Source: Vibrio vulnificus CMCP6 (GTDB taxonomy: Bacteria > Pseudomonadota > Gammaproteobacteria > Enterobacterales > Vibrionaceae). Taken from it: DNA of 32,000 nucleotides. Location: positions 2,091,127-2,123,126 of the forward strand of contig NC_004459.3 in the NCBI RefSeq assembly GCF_000039765.1. Direction: 5' to 3'. This document shows, one piece after another, positions 31,274-32,000 of this stretch. The notes beneath the pieces were generated by a model. It searched no databases. It was not told the DNA's origin and saw only the letters and a program-made list of their open reading frames with translations. Numbering within the stretch: the first letter of the stretch is position 1; the number at the start of each line of letters is the position of its first letter. The translations under genes were made by a program, and so were the position numbers.

Positions 31274-32000
31274 ATGCTTAATAAAGAATTAGAGTCGAGC
31301 CTGAATGGCGCTTTCGCTCGTGCTCGTGACAAACGACATGAGTTCATGACTGTTGAACACCTCCTACTCGCATTGTTGGAAAACAATGCTGCGAAGGAAG
31401 CTCTTTTGGCGTGCAAAGCCGATCTCAATGCTCTGCGATATGAACTGGATGTGTTCATTGATCAGACAACTCCTCTTATTCCAGACAATGATGAAACTCG
31501 GGAAACTCAACCTACGTTGAGCTTTCAGCGAGTGCTTCAACGAGCTGTGTTTCATGTTCAGTCTTCCGGTCGCAGTGAAGTAACTGGCGCAAATGTGCTG
31601 GTTGCTATCTTTAGTGAACAAGAATCGCACGCTGCTTATCTATTGAAAAAAAATGATATTTCACGATTGGATATCGTGAATTACATTTCTCACGGTATCA
31701 CGAAAGCATCTGGCGCGAGTGATGACTCTTCCTCTTCTTCAGATTCCTTCGGCAGCGATGCGAGTAGTGAAGAGAACAGCTCAGAAGAGCGCTTAGAAAG
31801 TTTTGCTACCAACCTCAATCAAGTTGCGAAAGATGGCCATATTGACCCTCTAATTGGCCGAGATAAAGAGTTGGAACGTACGATACAAGTACTTTGTCGC
31901 CGCCGCAAAAACAACCCACTTCTCGTTGGTGAAGCTGGGGTTGGTAAGACAGCCATTGCAGAAGGATTGGCGTGGAGAATTGTCGAGGGCTCGGTACCAG
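31274..32000 (+). CDS. clpA: ATP-dependent Clp protease ATPase subunit ClpA, N-terminal part (runs off the right edge)
   Basis: SD AGGAGG at 31263-31268. [35 protein letters not shown] and [43 protein letters not shown]. Confidence 0.97.
   Translation, partial: MLNKELESSLNGAFARARDKRHEFMTVEHLLLALLENNAAKEALLACKADLNALRYELDVFIDQTTPLIPDNDETRETQPTLSFQRVLQRAVFHVQSSGRSEVTGANVLVAIFSEQESHAAYLLKKNDISRLDIVNYISHGITKASGASDDSSSSSDSFGSDASSEENSSEERLESFATNLNQVAKDGHIDPLIGRDKELERTIQVLCRRRKNNPLLVGEAGVGKTAIAEGLAWRIVEGSVP

Overview
This 32 kb window looks like a core chromosomal segment of a Vibrio or close relative (inferred from recognisable protein families and their order). From left to right it contains: yfbU (partial); an orphan CbiM-like membrane protein; pflA; a methyl-accepting chemotaxis protein (MCP); an LpxR-like outer-membrane protein; pflB; a DUF3360-type permease; a frameshifted poly-Gly lipoprotein gene; a four-gene polar amino-acid ABC importer; an ImpA/M60-like metalloprotease lipoprotein; xthA; a second MCP; a dinG-tauE/safE-priC-rsmS gene run; a porin; a DUF2057 protein; rluE; monomeric icd; cspD; clpS; and the start of clpA. 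I see no integrated mobile element, CRISPR array, tRNA/rRNA gene or recognisable defence system. I cannot claim a complete undescribed system. The parts most worth a second look are: (1) an exact array of about 23 copies of the CTAG-containing heptamer CTAGAAC inside the ABC importer operon, with near-identical inverted heptamers and a perfect 12-bp hairpin in the next gap of the same operon; (2) a 47-bp near-perfect nested palindrome upstream of pflB; (3) a 1-nt frameshift just after the lipobox and poly-Gly tract of an otherwise intact lipoprotein gene; (4) a DUF3360 permease in the place where focA sits in enterics, with an FNR-like box upstream. All coordinates come from reading the sequence by eye. 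No similarity search or folding program was run.
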